Positions 39,056 to 50,449 of a stretch of 64,000 bases of DNA are shown here, one piece after another. Origin of the DNA: Heterodontus francisci (lineage: Eukaryota); NCBI RefSeq assembly GCF_036365525.1, contig NC_090387.1, forward strand, positions 76,569,300 through 76,633,299, in the 5' to 3' direction. Below the pieces are notes generated by a model that made no database searches, was not told the origin of the DNA, and saw only the letters and a program-made list of their open reading frames with translations. The translations under genes were made by a program, and so were the position numbers. Each line of letters opens with the position of its first letter. Position 1 is the stretch's first letter.

Positions 39056-39889
39056 TCTATTCCGAGCTCTTATGACTAAAGAAACATGAAATCACCTTCC
39101 AGCATGGTGAGCTATCACTCCTCAAAGACCTATATCTACGACGTCCCATTGCCAGCCATAACCATGAAGAATGAGGTTTCCACCGCCAATACTCCAACAT
39201 CACAAAGCATGAAAATACAGCAATCCCAGAGCCCTATTGGCACCCTCCTTTCGCGCCCCCCCCCCCAACCCCAAACCAACCCAACCCACAAAACTCCAAC
39301 CCCCCTCTGCAACTGGCCCTGCAGGAAACACAATAAAGTGGAAATGAGAGCTCATCCTATGCAACAATTGCCTCAGCACAACCATCCCCTTAGATGATAG
39401 TGTTCGAAGAGCCACAGGACGCATTAGGAAGGAATCTCCTCCATGCCCTTCACCTCAAGATAGAGCAACCAAATGACCCTGCTGTTCACTGCCTCCTTGT
39501 TATCCCCCATGGACTGACTCGGGAACCATGGCGATCTCCAGCGTCGCTTCCTCCATTGGCATCCGAGTTTGGAATTGGCCCACACCACCACCTGTCCTGG
39601 CCATTTGTTGAGCATTTATGGTCTTGCTTCTCCTGCAGGATGAAGAGAGAATGATTCATGAGTAGACTGCCCTCCCTCATCTCTTCCAGCATGACATACA
39701 CATCAACTAACATGCCCCTCCGTGATGTTCCCTTCTGAATAGTGCCCATATGTGTGGGTGGCTCAGTGATGCAACTGGAGATTTGATCTGACAATGTTAG
39801 GGAGAATATGGACATCCTGTGAGGTCAGCTTGTATGCATATGGGTGTTTACAGAGTTGGTGACCAATCACCTGGGTGCCGTTGGCCACT

Positions 39890-40170
39890 AACCAGACCTT
39901 AACAGGTCATTGAATCTCTTCCTGCACTGGACCCATGTCCTTCTGGTGAGTTCTTGGCTGTTGACCTACGTAGCCACCTCCAGTTATGCAGTCTTGGTCT
40001 CTCTGGGGAATTTCTCCCTCCGGGCACCATCTCTCCTGACTGCCACTGCATCCATTAATGCTCAAGGGAGGCATCAGAGAATCATGGGGATGGAAGCCTA
40101 TGCCTGCACTGGCCCTCTGAGTTCCCTGCTGTTCCATATCTTCAGGCAATGCCAAGTCCAGTCATGGCTG
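39890..40170 (-). pseudogene. Harbinger Myb/SANT-like DNA-binding gene remnant
   Basis: Minus-strand translation LEVAT*VNSQELTRRTWVQCRKRFNDL, trihelix pattern. Confidence 0.78.
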
Positions 40171-40449
40171 CCATTTGCCTTTTAAAATCACTCTCCATTT
40201 CCAGGTCCTATCTCCAGGCCATTCCCGGCACCTCCAATTGGGTGCCAAACTCACCCCTAGGCCGATTAGGCCCTTTGCATTTGAAAATAGCGTTGGGTCG
40301 TCAATGCTGATCTGACATGGTGTGGAAACATGGAAATGTTCCGGGCGTCAGGTTCTCGACCGTGGAACAAAATTCAGCCCATGGTATTGGAAGGCATCGG
40401 AAAAGGATCTGATTAGGGAAGTCAATATGTATCTTTTTCTCTGTTTCAG

Positions 40450-40508
40450 GCTGGGATGAGGAATTTGGTGGTGTTACCTCATACATTGCTAAGGGAGAAG
40501 ATGAAGAG
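40450..40508 (+). CDS. OGFOD1: OGFOD1 exon 12
   Basis: GWDEEFGGVTSYIAKGEDEE; tttcag acceptor, GAG|GTACGT donor. Confidence 0.96.
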
Positions 40509-40534
40509 GTACGTTCTAAGTTCAATTCAGTAAA

Positions 40535-40910
40535 GAAAGAAAGACCTTGCATTTATATAGCACCTTCCATGATCTCTGGATTCCCCAAACAATGAAGTAA
40601 TTTTAAGGGTTGCCACTATTGTAGGAAACTTGGTAGCCAATTTGTGCACAGCAACTTCCACAAACAGTAGTGATAATGACCAAATAATCAGATTTAGCAA
40701 TTTTGTTAGGTTTATTGGCCAGGACACAAGGGAGAGCACCCTGCTGTTTTTCAAAATAGTGCCATGGGATCTTTGATGTCACCTTAGAACCTAGGCAGAC
40801 TCAGTTTTATGTTGAATCCAAAAGATGGCTCCTCCAACAGTGCAGCACAGCCTCAGTACTATACTGAAGTGTTGGCCTGGATTACCTCGAGGTCTCGGAT
40901 GGGACTTGAA
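40535..40910 (-). mobile_element. Deu-domain SINE
   Basis: CTTGCATTTATATAGCACCTT...GGCCAGGACAC..CCCTGCTGTTTTTCAAAATAGTGCCATGGGATCTT. Confidence 0.8.
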
Positions 40911-42005
40911 GAAGGTTAAGTAGTGACTTCAATGAAGGTATATAAAATATCAATTGCCAAAGGAAACCAACAATGTCAGTCTGAGGTAAGTCAGGGCAGT
41001 AGGATCAGTCAGCGTAAATTTAAAGTAGTAAGAAGTAAATTTAAAGCAGGTATTAGGAAAAAAAGTCTGACTCAAAAGATATTTGTTTAGAATAACTTGC
41101 CGTTCAATTGCCCAAAAGACATTGGAACACTCAAAATCTAGTCGGATGCTATCCTGGGGCATCTGGAGCCCCAGAAGTTTGAGCTTTAAGAGCCAAGGGG
41201 CTTTTTGTTGTCTTTCTCTGTACTTGTGTTGGATTGTTACAGATAGAAAAATAATAATCTCAAGCAGCTTGGTAACCCAAGTGGGATATCACTTACCTTT
41301 CAGCCAGAATCTCATGAGTTTGATGTACAGGAATGCCCAGCATTGTCATTTACTCGGTTCATTTTAATAAGTCACATCCAATAACAACTGGCATCCAAAA
41401 GCAGTCTGTGTACAACCATGGCATTCTGCATCATGGGAGATTAAAACTGCCAGTTTCTCCATCTGAGTTGAGGACTGTAATTCAGCCAGTCAGAGAATAG
41501 TACTGGCAGTGACCACTGGAGACAAACCCATTCTCCCAAGTGGAGAATGTGCACTTGCATGAATATTCTGAAAAGTTTTACAACATGAACAGTACAATAA
41601 CCTTTTGGGGGTGGAAGTGTGGTACCCTTATGCACACCACATTCCTAAATTAGTGTCTGTAAGATGCCAAATGTGATTATCCATACATCGAAATCCTAGT
41701 TTTAGCCAAGTTATTGAGAAGGGGGCCATACCATCCTAAGGAGGCACTAAACGAAAGCCTAGTGCTCCAGTGAAGTGAAGGAGCAAAATGTGGGTAGTGA
41801 ATCACCCAAGATAGCCTCAGCCTCAGTGCAAATACCAGCAAAGTATTAACTCACAGCAGAACAGCAGAGGTCTGGGAGTTGGTCATATGCCTCCCATCTT
41901 GACCAGAGATAAAGTGTAAGTAGGGAGTCGAGAAGAGGAAAAGAAGAAATGAAGTGTTAACTAAATATAATAAAAAACCTTTTAACGGTTTGTGTTGCAT
42001 TTCAG

Positions 42006-42167
42006 TTACTTACCCTTTGCCCAGAAGACAACTCATTGGCCTTGATCTACCGAGATAAAGAAACACTCAAGTTTGTGAAACACATTAACCAGCGAAGCTT
42101 CACTCAGTGTAAGAGGACACATGAGAGAAAAGGTTTCTGGGACTTTTCCTTTGTATATTATGAGTGA
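42006..42167 (+). CDS. OGFOD1: OGFOD1 exon 13 (terminal coding)
   Basis: [31 protein letters not shown]...[11 protein letters not shown]; TGA 42165-42167; summed CDS 1620 nt in frame. Confidence 0.97.
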   Translation, partial: LLTLCPEDNSLALIYRDKETLKFVKHINQRSFTQCKRTHERKGFWDFSFVYYE

Positions 42168-43299
42168 TGGCACACCTGTCTTCTCTGACTAAACCTTTGC
42201 ATCTGATGTGGGATGAAGCATCAAAATACTGAATGACGTGATGATACTGATAGAGGCTTTTTGTGGTATGTGCACCAGTGCCTTCTAAGATCTGATATAC
42301 GATGGTGGCAGTTAGATCACTACTGCGCTTCGCAGGGGCTGCTTTTGGCTTTGCCAGATGTTCGTTCATTTGAAGAAAGACTTACTTGGCTTGGTAGAGG
42401 ATGGTGTTAAAGTCTAAATTGCCAGATCAATCGGCTGTAATGTCATTAAAATACTTTTGGAAGAGTTGTGATTTTTTAAAATTAAAAATAATTTTTAATA
42501 ATGGAGTTAAACCTCCTTTAATTTCCTTTTGTCTCTCTCTTGAATTGGCCTCTCTTTACAATCATCTATGGGCAGCTTGCAAAACTAAGTTTCCCATGGT
42601 GGTGTACTCAAAATTTCAAGCATTTTATAGACCAAGTGTTACTGCTTTTAATGGGTGTTTACTTTTGTAATGATATAATCTTGTGGTGATTTTTTTTTTG
42701 GTTACTTTCTGTTGGTTTTTCCTCCAATTTATATTCTTTTGTCTCTGAATCTCTTCCATGCACCAGTCCTTGAATGAGAGGACAGATAGATGACATATTG
42801 CTAGTCCTCTGCCAATTTTGCTTGGAAGCAGGCTGCTGGAAGGTACGCAAGTAGCTGAGGCAACGACTGCTTCTTTGATTTACATCACTACATTAGGCAT
42901 TAACTAATATGAAGTTGATGGTCTCACTCAGGGAAGCATCAAAGATAATTGGCGGGGGAAATATATGTGTCACCAATGTGCAAGAGCAGCTACTGTCCTG
43001 AGATTGAGAAGTCAGATACATTCTCTACATCTAACCATGCTGCAGGAAAAAAGCATTTGCCTGGCCTAGGATGCTTTGATGCTGGTTCTCAGTGCACAAA
43101 ATGGGAAAAGCATTCCACCTTTTTCGCACTTGCATCCTTTTCAGTGATGAGTGCAGCAAATTAGCTAATTATATGCTGTGGAAACCAGGTCAATATACCA
43201 CACAGCAAAGTTGTGAGCAGAGAATGGGTGCGGATTGAGAATGAGTACAAGACAAAGCTTGAGATAAGGGCAGTCCGATAGACCAAATCACCAATTCAG

Positions 43300-43970
43300 A
43301 AGTTATATTAGTCTTTATTGCAAGGGGGTTGGAGTATAAGAGTAAGAAAGTCTTGTTGCGATTATATAGGGTTTTAGTGTGACCATACCTGAAGTCATGT
43401 GTACAGTTTTGGTCTCCTTGCCGAAGGAAGGATATACTTGCCTTACAGGAAGTGCAACAAAGGTTTACTTGGATTGATTCCTGGGATAAGAGGGTTGTCT
43501 CATGAAGAGAGATTGAGTAGTATGGACCTATATACACTGGAGTTTAAAAGAATGAGGGACAATCTCATTGAAAAATATAAAATTCTTAGAGGGCTTGACA
43601 GTGTAGTTGCTGCAAGGCTGTTTCTCCTGGCTGGAGGGTCTAGAACTAGGAGCCATAGTCTAAGGATGAAGAGGTAGGCCAATGAGAACTGTGATGTGGA
43701 GAAATTTATTTACAAAGTGTTGTGAATTTTTGGAATTCTGTACCCCAGAGGGTTGTGGATACTCAGTCGTTGAGTATATTCAAGACTGAAAACAATAGAT
43801 TTTGGGGCACTTGGGGAATCACGTGATATGGGTAATAGGATGGGAAAGTAGAGTTGATGTAGAAGTTCAGCCATGATCTTATTGAATGATTAACTAGAGG
43901 TCATGATCTCAGAATAAGGAATTGAGGTACCATATGGCCTACTCTTGCTGCCATTCCTTATTTTCTTATA
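43300..43970 (+). mobile_element. Old CR1 LINE 3' fragment
   Basis: LIPGIRGLSHEERL...RMRDNLIEKYKILRG. Confidence 0.82.
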
Positions 43971-45005
43971 ACAATGAAGAAAAGTCATTAAGATTAACAA
44001 CTTAGTTTGATTATGTTACACACTTTGACAGGCGTATGCTCAACAAATAGCTTTGGTCCTTTTATTTTTGCCTTAAGGTAAGCCACCTTACATAAGGTAG
44101 CAAGGCAAAGACAGTCAAATGACCCGTTGTCTTAACTCCCGGTGTTAGACAGAAGCCAAGAATGGATGAATACTGGGATTTCTCCCTAACAATTCTCTCC
44201 AACAATAGCTCTTTTGAATAAGGGATCACTGCATGGAACGTGAGGGGAGATAAGTGGTCCATTACTGGATAGTTTTCTCGCACTAACCCACTTCCATTAA
44301 TCAATAAAAAACTGGCTAATTTATTTAATCAAAGGCAAAAGTGTGAGATTTAAGGGAGGAATTTGTGTTCAGTTTGGAAATCTAGACTGAAGAGACATTT
44401 GACCTAAAGCTATAGGGCAAGTCCAAGTTAGTGAGATATTTTCTATAATTAATACTTATGTGAAATGAGTAAACAGAATTTGTTTCTGGAGTTTGTGTTG
44501 ATGGGAATTCATACTGATACTGTTTACATTTTGCGTTTAGTTAGGAAAAGAGGGCCTGCAGTTGTTGGGAGGAAACTCATGATGTTTGTGGAGTACGATA
44601 TGTGAGCCATCATTATTCTGTTATTGTATCCAGGAGCAGCACCATTTTGAACTAAATTTTGTAAATTTGAGTTGCTGGAGCAAAGGAGTTTTGTACATGG
44701 AGAGTGGTTGGCTACAATCCATAGCATTAGGGAGGATAGTGGTGGATTGTACTTGACAGAAAGTAATCGCCCAAGAGGCAGTGGTAGACAGGTGAGAATG
44801 CAGAGATGGTGTAGGAGGAGAGAAGTAGGAGACCATTCTCAGCTAATAATTTCTGGACATGTGCTGGACAGATTAAGGACAGGTTGATTGAGAAGGTCAT
44901 CAGGTGATTACTTGACTGGTGCAAGAGTTTTTTGTTCAGGTATTGGTCAGTTTTGGAACAATGAAAAGCTATATAGAAGAGACCTGAGTTGAACTCAACA
45001 GTATT

Positions 45006-45287
45006 TGATTTGATTTTGATTTAGAGATACAGCACTGAAACAGGCCCTTCGGCCCACCGAGTCGGTGCCGACCATTAACCACCCATTTTATACTAATCCT
45101 ACACTAATCCCATATTCCTACCACATCCTCACCTGTCCCTATATTCCCCTACCACCTACCAAGACTAGGGGCAATTTATAACAGCCAATTTACCTATCAA
45201 CCTGCAAGTCTTTTGGCTGTGGGAGGAAACTGGAGCACCCGGAGGAAACCCACGCAGACACAGGGAGAACTTGCAAACTCCACACAG
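45006..45287 (-). mobile_element. HE1-type V-SINE, 5' truncated
   Basis: Core and tail present, (TCAAA)n tail, probable TSD GTATT. Confidence 0.9.
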
Positions 45288-46353
45288 GTATTCTTGTGGA
45301 AAGAGTAAATAGAGCAGTGGGGAATGATTTTAAATGGTCTGGCACTGGGAAGGGGTTTGAGACGGAGAGCCTTATTGATAAAACTAGGGTGTTTCCTTGG
45401 CTCAGTGGTAGCCCTCATTCCTCTCATGGACTTGAACATATAATTTCACCCTGCAGTACAGTACAGTACAGTGCAGTAATGAGGGAGCACTATATTTTTA
45501 AAGGTACTGAGGAAAAAAATGGATAAGGCCTGAAAATAGGTATGGGGATCACAATGTGCTAGGAAGCTGCACCCGTTCCTTCCGATGCAGGCAACATGCA
45601 AACTGTGTGCTGTCTGCTAACTTACATGGTTGCAGAGACCAGCCCAATGCAAAGTGTGCTGTTGAGTGGCTGCACATCTCACCCTGAGGCCCAGGTTCGT
45701 GCGATGCTAACACTATTTAAAGCTAGCCTGCACTACATGAAACAAGCCTGCACCTCTTAAAGGGTAGCTTTATTCTGGCTGCAGCAGGTTTTGGAACTCA
45801 CCCACATATCACAGCTTGCACACACTGCCAGCTATTGAATTATGACAGGCACATCATCCAAAAACACACTTTCATCTCTGTTACAAGACAAGGTGACCCA
45901 CAACCGCAGGCAGCAGCACCTAATGAGCAGGGACGTCTCCTTGTCCTGATAGGAGTCCATGCTTGCCATCATTGGAACAGCCACACTTGAGCCTGTGGTT
46001 AACGGTGGCGCTAAAACCATCGAGGATGATGGTATATTCCAACCTAAAGCTGCTCTCATCCCACTTCCCCCTCATCCCACAATCTCTTCTGATTTAGAAG
46101 CTGCAGATGATTTAAGCATGTATCACTTGCTGCCCTCTGTGCCCCTTCCCTCACTACAACTCAACCCATGTACCTGGCAAGGGTTGCCAGATGGCACCTG
46201 CCACCTGGCCAGGCAGTGGTGCAGGAGTGTGAAGTGCACGGGGAATAAGAGACTGATGAAGAAACACTGTCACTCTACCTCACGCTTGCAGCCACCAGCT
46301 CAGATTCTGGCACTGCATACTTTAGAGGGTAGCATAGAGTGGGATCTGCATGT

Positions 46354-47240
46354 TGTTACGACCAAGGTGGAAGCAATGCATGGTCAATTCAGTCCCATCA
46401 CTCCACAGGTCACAGCATATTATTAAAGTTTGCCCACCTAAGTGGAAAAACAGCCAAATTAAACACTCCAGTAACCCCCAGAATAAAACGAACCAAACCA
46501 GGTATCTTTAGACAACAACAAATTAACTTTTTATTCAAAAAACTAAATCTTAAACACGATTAAGATAAACCTATGTCTAAAGAGCTTAGAACTTATTTTA
46601 CCTAACTTCCCCCATTCTCTCACATACAATCAAAAATCAATAGTTAACTAGTTTTAAAAGTGGTTTTTTAAAAGCTGTTTCTTAAGTATAAATAAATATG
46701 TAAGTCTTTGTGGGTTATGTTCCTGATGGGCGAGGTGTCCTACTGTAAAAATAATCAAATGCCTCTCGAAGTCTTCACATGGATTTGATGAAACAGTCTG
46801 TTCTTGATAGGCATTCAAAGCACTTTGGCTGCAGGAGGCATCAAACAGTTCTTTGAACAAGGTGGGTAGCTAAGGGTCCACTTGGATTTTAAAACCGAGT
46901 CTCAGTTTAAAATTTATTTCAGCAATACAAATGATCTCTTCAAACGACCCTGTAGCTCATTGTAGAATTTCTGCTGGAGAAATAGATGGATCTTTTCTTC
47001 AGTAGCACGTGTCTGGTGAGTCTCTCAAAACTTTTTTTTCTCTGGTTTTTCCATACAGCTAAATCGTTACATTACACCAGGTGACACCTCCTGCTGTAGC
47101 CTCGGAGCAGGTGCAGCTGGCATACTGTGCCTCAGAAATCCAAAACTTCTCTCCCTGTCTTAAAGGTACACTGTTTATAGCAGAATCTTAAAGGCACACT
47201 GTTCTAATCCAAGGAGAAAAATAAATACGGTTCCCTGACA
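46354..47240 (-). mobile_element. Solo LTR (887 bp)
   Basis: TGTTACG...CCTGACA termini, 4-bp TSD ATGT at 46350-46353 and 47241-47244; AATAAA on the minus strand near 46530. Confidence 0.8.
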
Positions 47241-47819
47241 ATGTGGTTAGTCACTGGAAAAGGTCGTGCAGGTTCCAGCTGCCAGGAGGGCAAGCTTACA
47301 CATGAGTTCTGCTGCCGAGGACTCAGATGAGGACATCGATGGGGCAGTGCCCAGAAAAAGGCTGATGGCTATGCACAATAAAATGTTTGGTGCAATGGGA
47401 AGCCTGCAGTGGCCATAAACTAACAAAAAAAATAAAAAGATAAACTGCAATTGGTAGAAATCTGAAATAAGTATGGACAGTGCAGGAACTAATGGACACT
47501 TCTGTGAACACCTGGAAAGGAAAAGTGAATTTAGTGTTTATTCTCTTACCCCTTAGGTTTCAGCTGTTCCCAATAAATGGATTTGCAGACTTCTTAACCT
47601 ATGACTTGCCTTCCTATAACACGTGTCACTAACCCTGGTTAATTTTACTTTGTAATTTTCTTACTTAGCCCTTTATAGAGATTTCTCTTCTGGCTCATTT
47701 CCAGTGGAATTACTTGCCAATTTTCTGATTATTGACAGAAGTCCTGTGTATTTTGAGCAATTTCTGTCCTTGTACCAAACGGTAAGAACTGAGAGGTTAT
47801 ACTTAACAGGAAAAATTAA

Positions 47820-48200
47820 ATGGACTGGGGTTCCTGAGAAGGCTGAAGGGTGACCTGATCGAGGTCTTTAAGATTATGCAAGGGTTTAAAGGGTGGACAT
47901 AGAGAAGATGTTACTACTTGTAGGGAGACCAAAAGTAGAAGGCATATATTAGTCACTAATAAATCCAAATACGGAGTCCAAAGAAACTGAGCTACCCACA
48001 GAGTGGTTAGCGTGCAGAACTCACTGCCACTACGAGTAGTTGAGGCGAATAGCATAGATGTATTTTAGCGGAAGCTGGATAAGCAAATGAGGGAGAAAGT
48101 AATAGGTTAGATGAAGAGGCATGGAAGGAGCTTGTATGTAGCATAAATACATGAACGTATTGGGCCTAATGACCTATTTCTGTGCTTTATATTCTATGTA
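47820..48200 (+). mobile_element. Old CR1 3' fragment
   Basis: AGGCTGAAGGGTGACCTGATCGAGGTCTTTAAGATTATG and CR1-type tail. Confidence 0.7.
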
Positions 48201-48850
48201 AACTCCCCAACGACCAAAGCTAAGGCACTGATACAGTTAACATGATGACGGTGAGGAATAAATCTGATTAATAGCTGTCCTTGAAAAGTTCCTGTTGCGG
48301 GGCGCACTTCTCCTTAAATGAGCAAATCAGATGCAGACCTCCTTTGGCTTGGGATGGTGGGGAGGAAGCTCGCGTGTCCTACGTTGGCTGAAGGCTAAGG
48401 GGTGGGGGTGGGTTTGAGGCCGCAGAGAAAGTCCGAGTTAGAGTATTAAGGAAGTGCAAAGGGTGAAGGGGCCTCTTGTGCGTTTTAGCTTTTGCAGAGC
48501 TGTGAATGCTACAGCCAACATCTGTGCATGTGTGAGGTGCGGAGACCGCAGAAAACAGGCCTGCAGAGAGGAAACTGATGGACAACTCACCCCCAGCACC
48601 CTCCTATCTCCCGGCACTCACCACCTTCCCTCCTCCTCTCGCATGGCGTGACCTTTGATTTCTGCTTCAGATAAAAAAATAATCGCTTGAGTAGATCTCG
48701 AGAAACAAAAACAGCGCGATTTATACTTCTAGCGTACATGATGTGCAGATCTTACCTACCCATCACCCAGTATTGAAACCGCAAGATTGCAAGTGTGATA
48801 TCGAACAATTGCACATCACATTATCTCAAAAAAAGTTTACTCTCCTCTTC

Positions 48851-48868
48851 CCGCGCCCCGCCCAATCC
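48851..48868 (+). promoter_or_regulatory. Overlapping GC box and CCAAT upstream of IgSF leader
   Basis: CCGCGCCCCGCCCAATCC about 50 nt before ATG 48915, in a CpG-rich region. Confidence 0.45.
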
Positions 48869-48914
48869 AGCCCAGGGTCTGGTGCCCAGTCGGTCCTTAG
48901 TTCCAAGTGTCAGT

Positions 48915-48969
48915 ATGTCTGGAAGAACCCAACTTCACTCCATACTTATTCTGGTCGTTTCTTGCACAG
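48915..48969 (+). CDS. IgSF VJ-C1-TM gene, leader exon
   Basis: agtATGt; MSGRTQLHSILILVVSCT signal-peptide-like; donor G|GTACGT, phase 1, matching the V exon. Confidence 0.8.
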
Positions 48970-49280
48970 GTACGTGTCTTCAGTTTAACACCTCCTACAT
49001 AGTGAAAGCAGTAAATGAAGCTCACAAAAATATTCACAACGTATGTATATTAAATTATATAACTTTATAGCTGAACTTCTTTCATATTGTTCTTTGGAGA
49101 GTAACAATTCTTTTGATCGCCATATGTTTAGGAGAGGGGATATTTCTAACTAAGGAATAAAATTTACTCAGCAGTATGCGACTGAAGGGAATGCTATTGT
49201 CCCGTTTTCTACTAATTATATCCGCTCACCCTCCTCCTCCCATGAATAAATGTTTGGTGTTTTCTTTATTTTGTTACTAG

Positions 49281-49583
49281 TTGCTGATGAAGTGCTTCAG
49301 TTCCTCGATATAAGGAATGCAATCGCAGGGCAGACCGTGACTTTTCACTGTTCGTTCCCCCTGTTCAAAGATAAAAATAAAATCGTAGTGCACTGGTGGA
49401 AAGACGGCGAACGGGAATTCTTAAACTCGAGACCAGATCCCAGGAGACGTTTCCGTGTTGAGAGCAAAGCGAGCGCTATGTTGAGCCTTCTGAACGTGCG
49501 TGTCGGAGACTCTGGAGTCTATTATTGCAGAGTGCAAGGGGAATTTACTGGAAATGGGACCGGCAAAATGCTTAATGTAAGCG
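49281..49583 (+). CDS. IgSF gene, V-set exon with germline-joined J-like segment
   Basis: ttactag acceptor; GQTVTFHC...VHWWKDG...LSLLNVRVGDSGVYYCRV...GNGTGKMLNVS: B-strand Cys, C-strand Trp, DxGxYYC, GxGT; donor G|GTGAGT, phase 1. Confidence 0.93.
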
Positions 49584-50258
49584 GTGAGTGATCATTCTCA
49601 GCGACTTAGAAATCACAAGTTACATCTGTTTCTAATACTAATCGGGGCCAGTGAGATAGGACAGGGATGGAGTGAGAAAAAGGCTGGGACGGATGAAGCG
49701 AATTGTCGTTAATTTATTAGTTACGACTCTCCCATTATGGTACATTTAAAGAATAACCAGAGCACAGCAGATTATTGTGGCCGGGGAGCTAACAGAACTT
49801 AGGTGCAGCTGTACCAAACATCAGTCACTGGGCACGGGTGATCGGCGCTTTTGTTGCTCAATCAAGTCTGGTGAAGGTTGACGAAAAAGCCCAATGCTGA
49901 GCATTACACAATTGGTCTCACACCTTGACATTCATCTATTGTTCTGGGGGTTACCGCAGGCTCCTGCTTTAGCTGCTATTTCGAAATCATTTACTGCGTA
50001 AAATAATTTTTAAAAGTATGTCGTAATCTTCCCAGATAGTTACATTTCACATCGACATCTTCTAACAAGCGTTTCCCATTATCCATAACCTTCCGGCCAG
50101 TGAAATCGCTAACTTCCCCTCTCGTCTTGGACTTTTTATGTTAGAATGAAATCCGCTAGTTTGAACCTTTTTATTATTGCCCCTCTTAAAAACAGCTCGT
50201 CGGGGTTTTCCGAATGGAAATCGCGGGCTGGGCGGCACAGAAAGGGAAACCTCGGCCA

Positions 50259-50449
50259 TAATAAAAGCAAAATACTGCAGATGCTGGAAATCTGAAATAA
50301 AAACAAGAAATGCTGGAACCACTCAGCAAATCTGACAGCATCTGTGGAAAGTGAAGCAGAGTTAACGTTCCGAAGAAGGGTCACTGACCCGAAACTTTCC
50401 ACAGATGCTGCCAGACCTGCTGAGTGGTTCCAGCATTTCTTGTTTTTAT
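50259..50449. mobile_element. Penelope pLTR-derived fold-back insertion
   Basis: 55-bp inverted arms 50297-50351 and 50395-50449; flanking direct repeat CTCGGCCA at 50251-50258 and 50450-50457. Confidence 0.85.

Larger units (their letters stand above)
36775..40380. mobile_element. Decayed PIF/Harbinger DNA transposon
   Basis: + strand transposase remnants and - strand Myb/SANT remnants; putative TIRs GGGCTAGATTTT (36775) and reverse-complement GGGCTGAATTTT (40369-40380). Confidence 0.75.

Noticed and set aside
42168-44310. OGFOD1 polyadenylation site
   Set aside because: Several candidates (ATTAAA ~42445 and ~42481, AATAAA 44303); cannot choose without transcript data
49250-49280. ORF-track start MFGVFFILLL as the signal peptide
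   Set aside because: It is the polypyrimidine tract of the V exon acceptor; the phase-1 leader exon at 48915-48969 fits better, though an unspliced alternative start cannot be excluded
49281-49700. Rearranging TCR/Ig V segment
   Set aside because: J-like strand is already in the exon, followed by a splice donor; no RSS or D/J cluster seen
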